A stretch of DNA of 64,000 nucleotides, taken from the NCBI GenBank assembly GCA_951406725.2, contig OX597831.1, positions 36,270,001 to 36,334,000 of the forward strand, given 5' to 3'. The notes below the pieces were generated by a model. The model worked only from the letters and a program-made list of their open reading frames with translations. It searched no databases and was not told the origin of the DNA. Position numbers and translations under genes: made by a program. This document shows, piece by piece, positions 54,911-64,000 of this stretch (position 1 is the first letter of the stretch; every line of letters starts with the position of its first letter). The DNA comes from Octopus vulgaris. Taxonomy: Eukaryota.

Positions 54911-55370
54911 AAGGCGGCGAGCTAACAGTATCGTTATCGCGCCAGGTAAAAATACTTAGCGGTATTTAGTCCGTCTTTACGATCCGAGTTCAAATTCTGG
55001 CGAGATCTGCTTTAACTTTCATCCCTTTCGGGGTCGATAAAATAAGTAGCAGTTGAGCAATGGGATCGATGAAATCGACTAGTCCCCTCCACACAAATTT
55101 CAGATCTTGTGCCTTTAATAGAAAGGGTTATTATAATTATTGCTCTTTATAAAGGCAGTGAGCTAGCAGAATCGTTACTGCGCCAGGTAAAACGCTTAGC
55201 GCCATTTCGTCCATCTTTACGTTCTGTTTCAAATTCCGCCACGGTCAACTTTGCTTTTCAACCTTTCGGGGTCGATAAAATCAGTACCATTTGAGCACTA
55301 GGATCGATAAAATTGATTTAGCCCCCAACACCCCGAAATTACTGGCTTTGTGACAAAATTCGGAAACATT
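54911..55370 (+). mobile_element. Two tandem SINE family B copies
   Basis: AAGGCGGCGAGCTAACAG... at 54911 and AAGGCAGTGAGCTAGCAG... at 55152. Confidence 0.85.
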
Positions 55371-55701
55371 ATTATTGTTGGTTTATAGATCCAAATCAAA
55401 CATGATCAAACCGACCGATGATTTAAGGTAAATTGGTCGTCATTGCCGTGTCTCTTCTTCTCAAGCGCATCAAGCCATCTTACATTAAAAAAAAAACTCT
55501 GGAGAAGGATTTAAGACTGCAGAGATCGTTCAAAACACTATATTAATTAAGACGATATGTATTTAAATCATACTAAAGGATGAAAAAATATTCCGTTCTT
55601 TTGCTTTGAACTGTCAATTAAAAGGTTACGTTTTCAAGTATTGAGTATTCGCTCTTCTTGTGTATTACATTAACAGTCATTACCCCGCCTCACACACACA
55701 C

Positions 55702-55737
<36 letters not shown>

Positions 55738-56362
55738 ACACACGCACACACGCACACACACACAGATACACACACACACAGATATATATGGAAAATGAAA
55801 GACGGAAGATGGAATATGCGAGAATTTATTATTAAATACGACAATTGTTTCAACACATCTAGCATCGATTCCTTATTGGTGGGGCACTCAACAACTGGTT
55901 CAGAAGCATTCGGCGGTGCAGATGTATCTTTTCAGGTGATAAATAGATACAACTCGCTAAAATGACTGTTCCGCAAGGTAACTTTCCGTTTTGCAGAAAG
56001 AAAAGCAGTCAAATACATAACGATCACTGTGAAAGTGCCCGAGCTTGACCAGTAAACTATCGTGTAAACCGTTCGTTTTATATATATGCTAGGCTACTGG
56101 TTTTAAATTGACTTTAATTAAATTAATTAAATTGATATTCAATTTATCTCCCCATTATTTAAATTTTAAAATCATTATGTTCTCTAATTGGCAACATTAA
56201 CTGCAGTAAATTATCTACTACAGAACTGTTTCCGGAATTTAGCGCGCCAGAGCTTTGACATTTGAAAGTAACCCCATTGTAATCGGTAGAACTAAGCAAT
56301 GTCTATTTTTATATGGACAACTTGTGTTTGTTTAGTTTTTCAAATTATATTGATTTTGGAAC

Positions 56363-56438
56363 GATCGTACTGACGAGTCTGCGGACGAAGGGTTACGTAA
56401 GTAATTTATTCGGTAATAGACGAAATCGGTATACGATT
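56363..56438 (+). ncRNA. Type-I hammerhead ribozyme with canonical core
   Basis: GATCGTA-CTGACGA-GTCTG...TAGAC-GAAA-TCGG-TA-TACGATT: 7 bp stem I, G-C closed stem II, GUA site (cut after 56431). Confidence 0.85.
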
Positions 56439-56841
56439 AATTCTTGAATTTTATATAATTTTCATCTGTCTTGCCCGCGTATGTTCTGGTGTTCGCTGAA
56501 TTTTCTCTGGAGAACATTTTCTCTTTGTAGTTAGATCGTATTTGATCTTCTTCTGGCGTATTGGTTATCCACCTAGTGGTTTATCCCTAGATATACACAT
56601 GTATGTATATAGGTGTTAAATTAATGGTATTATTAAATTAATATCAATTTTTCACCCTCATTTATAAATTTATAAATTTAATTATGCGGCAGTAAATATT
56701 TTATTTGATGCAGCATACGTTTCCAATGAGTCTTAGCATGCTTTTCGCGGGGAATTTGAGGCATAACTAAAAATGCAATTGGTTAAACCGCACGTGTATT
56801 TGACGCTCGTGTTGGTCTAATAAATTGTATTTAAGACAAAC

Positions 56842-56914
56842 CTCTTCTGATGATTTATAGATGTCTATGTAAGTAAAATTGCATTTACATTAGTAATGAA
56901 ACAATTGTTCAGGG
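56842..56914 (+). ncRNA. Partly decayed type-I hammerhead
   Basis: CTCTt-CTGATGA-tTTA...TAAt-GAAA-CAATTG-TT-cAGGG; palindromic stem III, weak stems I and II. Confidence 0.6.
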
Positions 56915-57164
56915 TCAATCTATTTATTCGTTATATTTCACTTTCCTTCCGTTAAATGTAATGTTATTTCTAGTTGGAAACATCGTTTCTGTGGCTATAC
57001 TATCGGAGCTATTTTTAGCACTAGAGCTATCCACATAGTGGTAAATCTCTAATAATTTATATATAAATTTGTATTTTCTCCCTAGTTTTTTTGTGCTAAG
57101 CCACTAGGTGTTAAGTTAATGGTACTATTAAATTAATATCAATTTTTCACCCTCATTTATAAAT

Positions 57165-57246
<82 letters not shown>

Positions 57247-57530
57247 TGTGTGTGTGTGTGTGTGTATGATGTGCAGTTACATATAAAAGCAAACAGTAAA
57301 CTGAAGGATCACTGAAGATATGTCAGTAGAATAAAATTGTTATATAATTTGAAAAAGGAAACGGTTGACACTTGCTTCGAAGTTTCCACCCCGCAACCTT
57401 CATTGGATTCCTCGATGAAAGTGATGCAGCCGAATCTTCAAAGTAACTCTGAACCTTTATTTTTCCCTTATGAAAATTGTGGGTTTACCTAATCACGGTT
57501 CTTTCATTGTCTTCGTAGTATTTTCTCTGT

Positions 57531-57573
<43 letters not shown>

Positions 57574-57677
57574 CACATATATATATAGATATACATATAT
57601 TCATATACACACACATATATATACATATATATATATATGTATACATACCTATACATACATACATATCTATCTATCTA

Positions 57678-57729
<52 letters not shown>

Positions 57730-57732
57730 CAT

Positions 57733-57882
57733 TCTCTCTGTGTTTATTTCCTCATTCCTTTCCGTTGAGGACCGTAAGCTTGAATCATGAAAGGCTTTTT
57801 CATTTATTCCCGAGAATCAAATTAATACACTTGCTTGCTGTTCCTACACCTGTCTTTGTCTTTTGGTTTTCTGTAAATTTCA
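57733..57882 (+). mobile_element. Diverged copy of the 13385-13568 repeat
   Basis: TCTCTCTGTGTTTATTTC...TTCCTTTCCGTTGAGGACCGTAAGCTTGAA...TACACCTGTCTTTGTCTTTT. Confidence 0.65.
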
Positions 57883-58909
57883 ACCACACACACACACACA
57901 CTCACATGCCTACATTAATATTTTCATATTGTCGCATACATGTGTGTGGTGTGTGTGTTTGTGGATTGGATGACGCGAAACTTCGAGTATAACTTACACG
58001 GGATTAGGTGATCATGCAAAATAAGGGAATATGTCTATGAATGTTTTCGCTGTCCACTATAGAATGTGAATCTGTTCAAACATAGACTAAAGACAAATAC
58101 CATTGGTATTTTAAAGGCTTGATCTAGAAACTGATATTTATTATTGTTTAGTCACAGGTGGGTCCGGATCGAGCCGACGAATGGTATATTCCAGTTGTGA
58201 GAAGGTATTCTTCATAATGAACTTAGAATCGCATTGTCCAATGTTCTTCTATTTTGTTTAGACACTTGTGTGTGATTTAAGGGAGATTTGGGTGCTATTT
58301 CTAACAAATCGAACGACTGGATAAAGACTACCGCGTGGTATCCTCACATTTTTGTAATTGTTCTTGTTGTCCAATTTTGATCCACATACTCAAATGCATT
58401 CCAGCCGTGCCTATCACATCATTTTCAGTGATAGTATACCCAGTAATACTACGGCTATTACGACATTATATATATATATATTTTAAGACCGTACATTGTG
58501 GTCTTTCAAGCAGATTTGTCTACTATTTATAGTAGATCAAGTAAGCGCATCGAAGCTGTTACGCCGATACGTAGTAAAGCTCTGTGTTTGAAAATAAATT
58601 ATTTTGTCCTAATGGAGTAACATTGAAGTAAAGAGCTTGAAAGATGCTATCTACAGTAAATTTCTAGATTTGTTACAAGTAGCTTAAATACACCTTCAAA
58701 AATAAATAAATAAATAAATAAATAAGTTAGTCACATTTACTATTGGATTAATTGGGTGCATAGCCTTGAAAATTGCTTACTTTCAACTTCAGAGAAACGG
58801 AATATCATTGGTAAATTAAGTTGATAAATTAAGTCTCTTTAAAAGCTTTAGCAGTGAGAAACGATATGTCATAGAATATAGAAATTCTAAATAAAGAAAA
58901 ATATATAGA

Positions 58910-58993
<84 letters not shown>

Positions 58994-59212
58994 TAAAGAA
59001 GTAAAATATTGGCAAACAAAACTAAATGTCTTTCGTTTACGAGAGTTTGTTTGTACAGTTATAATTTCCCTGTCGACTTAAATAAATCTAATAATAAAGG
59101 TAAGATAACACTTTAAATTCATTTGAAATGCACGGTCTGGCGTGTTTTTCTATCGATTCACTGTCGTAGAGTATCTTATACAAATACACTTCCTTTTTTT
59201 TTTCCGAATTTT

Positions 59213-59247
<35 letters not shown>

Positions 59248-59801
59248 TAAAAAATTATTTGTTAATCACAAACAAAGTTTATTAACGATTGGTTTCTAAC
59301 TAAATAACGTTTAAGAAAAATACAGAAAAGTTTAAAAAGTAAAACAAAAACAGCTCTCAAAACACACATATATGAGTGTGTGTTTTCCAATTCAGTATCT
59401 TTTTTCTCTCTCACTCTTTTTTAATTTATCGAAATTTCTTGTTGATTCCGTTATTCTGTTTACGAGTTTGAGTACATTATATATTAAGATAGCTGAAATA
59501 TCATATACAGTCTGTGAACTGGATATCCTCCTTATCATCAACTTTGCTGAACGTTTTTTTAATTCATTCATTTATTTACTTAATTTTGTATTTATATATA
59601 AGCTTGTCAAATGAGAATGGACTATATCCGTAACTTTCATAAAACTGTACCAGATTGGCGACCATCAGCAGAAAAAAGCGTGGATGCAGAGGGAACTGTA
59701 ATCTACACAGAAATCTTGCAATAGAATGAAGTATGCTAAATACATCTGAAGACTAGTTTAGTGACAGTTAGCTGAACCGCACAGTATATATCTCTCCCGC
59801 T

Positions 59802-59995
59802 ATACATACATACATACATACATACATACATACATACATACATACATACATACATACATACATACATACATACATACATACATACATACATACATACATA
59901 CATACATACATACATACATACATACATACATACATACATACATACATACATACATACATACGTACGTACGTACGTACGTACGTATGTACGTACAT
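59802..59995. repeat. (CATA)n grading into (CGTA)n
   Basis: About 40 CATA units followed by about 6 CGTA units. Confidence 0.95.
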
Positions 59996-59999
59996 ATGA

Positions 60000-60322
60000 T
60001 GAGACCCCCCTCGGTCATGACTGACCGTGGGATTGCACCTAGAAAGTTACCCTCCCAGGCACAAGAGAAGACCAGCAGTCGCCCATGCATACCAGCCTCC
60101 TCTCTCCACGCCACCAGTGTTATCCAAGGGAAAGGCAAAGGGGGCCGATACAGCTTGGCACCTGTGACGTCGCAACTCATTTCTACAGCTGAGTGAACAG
60201 GAGCAACATGAAATAAAAAGTATCTTGCTCAATAACACAACACGCAGCCTTGTCCGGGATTCGAACTCACAACCTTACTATCGTAAGCACGATGCTCTAA
60301 CCACTGAGCCATGCGCCTTCAC
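60000..60322 (-). mobile_element. tRNA-derived SINE family D (V-SINE-like centre)
   Basis: Minus strand GGCGCATGGCTCAGTGGTTAGAGC (A box) ... GAGTTCGAATCCC (B box) ... TTGAGCAAGATAC...GTTGCTCCTGTTCACTCAGCTG. Confidence 0.85.
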
Positions 60323-60379
60323 TAACATAAATATATACAATCATACATACATACATACATACATACAATTACATGCATA

Positions 60380-60569
60380 CGAGGGTGTGCTGAAAAGTTC
60401 CTGGCCCTGCGTAAAACAAATCGCAAGAGGATCAGTTAATTATGAATGACACACTTATTGCAGTGATCCTTCAGTTTTCCTAAGCTCTGTAAAAGAACTT
60501 GGAAGTTTGGGCCTATAATTAGGCCTTTTGCGACACCCTTAAAACCAGGAATTTTTCAGAACACTCTCA
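60380..60569. mobile_element. Mariner MITE with TA TSD
   Basis: TA-CGAGGGTGTGCTGAAAAGTTCCTGG ... CCAGGAATTTTTCAGAACACTCTCA-TA. Confidence 0.8.
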
Positions 60570-60784
60570 TACACATGCACATAGACCTATACATTAACAG
60601 GCACGGCTTCTTAGGAGAAAAACATCTATAAACTAAGCCTTTCAAATGACACCTCTCTTTCAGCCTATACAAGTAATAGCAACCGATTTTTGTGTATGTT
60701 TGTCCAAGTTCCATAGCCAAAGCTACAGAAACGCTAGTTTTATTCCAATAAATACCTAAAATTATCCACCATTTACTGCAATAG

Positions 60785-61134
60785 ACGTGGCACTCCGTCG
60801 GTTACGACGGCGAGGGTTCCAGTTGATCGTGAAATTAACATGCAAGTGGCTGAGCAATCCACAGACACTTGTACACTTAACGTAGTCCTCGGGGAAATTC
60901 AGCGTGACATAGAGTGTGACAAGGCTGGTCCTTTTGAAATACAAGCACAACAAGAGTGAGGGAAAGTTGTGTTGAAAGAATACAGCAGGGTTCGCCACCA
61001 CCTCCTGGCGGAGCCTCGTGAAGCTTTATGTGTTTTCGCTCAATAAACACTCACAATGCCCGATCTGGGAATCGGAACCGCGATCCTATGACCGCGAGTC
61101 CGCTGCCCTAACCACTGGGCCACTGCGCCTCCAC
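60785..61134 (-). mobile_element. SINE family C with 11 bp TSD
   Basis: Homologous to 45197-45577; TSD TACTGCAATAG at 60774-60784 and 61135-61145. Confidence 0.9.
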
Positions 61135-61191
61135 TACTGCAATAGTAATTGATAAATGGAAAAAAAAAGAAAAAAAATAGTCAGCAATATA

Positions 61192-61425
61192 CAGTAATCG
61201 CTCGACTATCGCGGGTGTTACGTTCAAAAACCCACGCAATAAGTGAAAATCCGCGAAATAGAAACAGTACAGTAGTGTATATTTAAAAAATTATTTTTAT
61301 AATATTTATATATTTGTTTATTATAAATGCAAAACAACATCACGGATGAATCGACGTAAGCTTAAATAATAAACCGTGATACGTGAACCGCTATATGTGA
61401 ACGGCAATATGGTGAGGGATTACTG
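61192..61425. mobile_element. Tigger/pogo-like MITE
   Basis: TA-CAGTAATCGCTCGACTATCGC ... GCAATATGGTGAGGGATTACTG. Confidence 0.75.
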
Positions 61426-61705
61426 CACACTTCGTACAAATAAGACCAATTGTTCTACTTACGATACAATATATAAGTAGCAAAGTTATAGGATTTGTAA
61501 ATTTCTCTGCAAACGGTTGTATGATTCTGATAATGAAAGTAACGAGGTTCAACGCTGGTCAAGTCAGCGTTATTTTCTCTCTACGGAACCAATAACAATA
61601 GATATCTGTTCACATTTATTCAAGTCTCAATGTGAAGGTTTTAAAATTTTAGGTTTAATTTCATACACATTATAAATACACACGCACACAGACACATACA
61701 TACGC

Positions 61706-61805
<100 letters not shown>

Positions 61806-62008
61806 AATCCACCAGAATGGACGAAAGCGCTATATATATGATATATGATGTATGATATAAGTTATATGCTGTATAAAAACATGTAATATACAAATAAATA
61901 TCTGTAAATATAAAACCATCCGAATTTCTGAGTACCCCATTTTTTTTCTTATATAAAATACCTGTACATCATCTCCAAACTTTCTAATATATGTATATAT
62001 ATATAGAA

Positions 62009-62103
62009 ATATAGAAATATAATTAAGGGCTCCTAAATAAGGATGCCAAGTGCTAGGGGCACTTGGCATCCTTATTTAGGAGCCCTTAATTATATTTCTA
62101 TAT
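62009..62103. repeat. Perfect hairpin with 45 bp arms and 5 nt loop
   Basis: 62009-62053 is the exact reverse complement of 62059-62103; loop TAGGG. Confidence 0.95.
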
Positions 62104-62208
62104 GAATAATATTTTTCTGTATGAATAATATTTTGTCTAATAACTAATTCGTCTTTTGTGCTGGGCCACTGGTAATAATCCATATTATTACCCTTTGTTT
62201 ATATTCAC

Positions 62209-62249
<41 letters not shown>

Positions 62250-62377
62250 CAGTAAAATTTAGATTCAGCTGAATATGGTACTTAAGTTAAAGGCACCGGA
62301 ATTTAGTATGGTATTATCCATATAATTCAAAATGGGGTGATTACAATCAAAATAAGCAACAAGGATATCCACAGGTA

Positions 62378-62457
62378 ATGCAGTACGATCGTTTCATTTA
62401 ATTGAACAATGAAAATAGTACATCAGTTTTAAAATGTATAGCAATCTTCAGCTGCAT
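62378..62457 (-). ncRNA. Type-I hammerhead motif with long, weak stem II
   Basis: Minus strand ATGCAG-CTGAAGA-(49 nt)-GAAA-CGATCG-TA-CTGCAT; 6 bp stem I and palindromic stem III. Confidence 0.65.
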
Positions 62458-63345
62458 AAAAATATAGATTTTAGTTAAATTCAAAGGATTCATTTGTATA
62501 GTTATTTTATTAACCAAAATCACAAAGTGGATAAGTAGATACACAAAGAACATGTTTCACCAACAACATCATAGTTGTAACTGATATTTTTTCACAGGAA
62601 GACACTGCTTATCATTGATTTTGTTATTCAGATTTACTACTGGGTGGGGGAGGGTTAGTTCTAATTTATAGACTAGTTTATCACGTCTAATAGAAACTAG
62701 AATCTATCTTTTATGGATAGAGTAAAAAGATAGTTGAAGTGGCAGAGTCATAAATCAAGATTTCTTTGAAGTAAAAACCATTTGGTTCAGTAAGAATATA
62801 TTTCAGCCAAATTTGCAGGCTAAAGCTGATGGGTTAGGGAGAGTAAAACTTATAATACTTAACTATTTGACAACCATAAACTCAGTGTTAATTTGAAATA
62901 CATAGGTACATTTTAGAGAGTTTTTTTCCCCACACAAAAAAATCAGAATAATTTCAGTATTTTACATAATATAGGGATGGAGAATATCGAAATGATTCCA
63001 TATTTATGTAACTTCTATACTAACTTAACATATATTTATAGTTAATTAGTAAATAGTAATTTTTGGTATTAATATGTTAAATTAAAGGAATATATTAAAA
63101 ATTTATATATTTTCTAGATGCTAATAATCTTAGAACATATTTCTTGTATTATAAAATAAATAGTGAAATATATCAGTATGGTTCTGTATAGGTTGAGTAT
63201 GAAATTTATAGAAATATATTATAAATAAAAAGATATAGCGAGTAAATAAGTAAGAAAAATTGGTTCAAAATAAAAATAAAGAAATATAAATGAGTATAAT
63301 GAAAAATAAATATGAATTCCTGTAGAATATTATAGACAGGAATGA

Positions 63346-63661
63346 TGTGGGGTAAGTATCTTGCGGTAAGTAGGTTCCGGGTTCGGTCTCGCTGCATAGC
63401 ATCTTGGGCAAGTGTCTATTACTATAACCAGGGCTTTGTGGGTGAATTTGGTGGACGAAGGCAGAAGGAGACCCTTCGTCCCTGCGTGTGTGTGTGTCAC
63501 CGTGTTGGTGTGTTTACATCCCCGTAGCCTAGCGGTTCGACAAGGGTGACCGCTAGAATAGGTGCTAGGCTTACAAAGAATAGATCCTGGAGTCGATTTG
63601 TTCGACTAAAGGTGGTGCTCCTGTATGGCCGCAGTCAAATGACTGAAACAAATAAAAAGAA
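63346..63661 (+). mobile_element. SINE family A with very short internal (TG)n
   Basis: GGTTCCGGGTTCGGTC...CTTGGGCAAGTGTC...(TG)~6...GGTGCTCC...GACTGAAACAAATAAAAAGA. Confidence 0.85.
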
Positions 63662-63902
63662 TATATATATATATTTGGCCAGAAGTCAGCTGACAGTAAA
63701 TCAAAATTCCATAAACACTTAATATTTAAATTTTGTTTATTCATTACAATTATGAATGTTTAATAATTGAATGCTGTGATTTAAAATAACCGCTTTTTTT
63801 TCCCAACATTTGTCCTTCATGAACGAAGTCTTATATAAAGTAATTTCTCGTTTTACTCTTGGAATTAAACGGGTTTTGATTTACTGTCAGGTGACTTTTG
63901 GC

Positions 63903-63969
<67 letters not shown>

Positions 63970-64000
63970 AAGGTTTACGAAAATAAACAAAAGACGGAGG

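Larger units (their letters stand above)
56088..57170 (+). mobile_element. Two tandem ~500 bp HHR-bearing units plus a partial third (retrozyme or pLTR-like)
   Basis: Junction motif (CTGGTTTTAAATTG / AGGTGTTAA.TTAATGG ... AATTTTTCACCCTCATTT) at about 56097, 56611 and 57106; one HHR per unit. Confidence 0.8.

Noticed and set aside
60250-60322. Functional tRNA gene (also at 45197 and 61060-61134)
   Set aside because: The tRNA-like heads run into SINE bodies, lack clean acceptor stems, and the family C copies are bounded by TSDs.

Overview
AT-rich, microsatellite-dense, non-coding animal DNA. The SINE repertoire and (TA)n/(CA)n/(CATA)n load suggest an octopus or other cephalopod; this is an inference. 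Almost all supplied ORFs are microsatellite read-throughs and no intact gene is recognisable. There is one plausible minus-strand exon (16769-17046) and a few weaker candidates. The window holds at least four tRNA-derived SINE families (several with TSDs), Tc1/mariner and pogo MITEs, two decayed DNA transposases, two R4/Dong-like LINE 3' ends, a Helitron 3' end and a Penelope-like (GIY-YIG) fragment. The main hidden signal is about 14 type-I hammerhead-ribozyme (HHR) motifs, intact-looking to decayed, most with a palindromic stem III. They sit in several unrelated non-coding elements: a ~4.4 kb fold-back with an HHR at each outer end, small inverted-repeat elements, and ~500 bp tandem units resembling retrozymes or Penelope pLTRs. 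Also notable are a five-copy CRE/CCAAT array with invariant spacing and a CRISPR-looking array of about 20 conserved 22-mers with variable pyrimidine spacers. All folds and alignments were read by eye.
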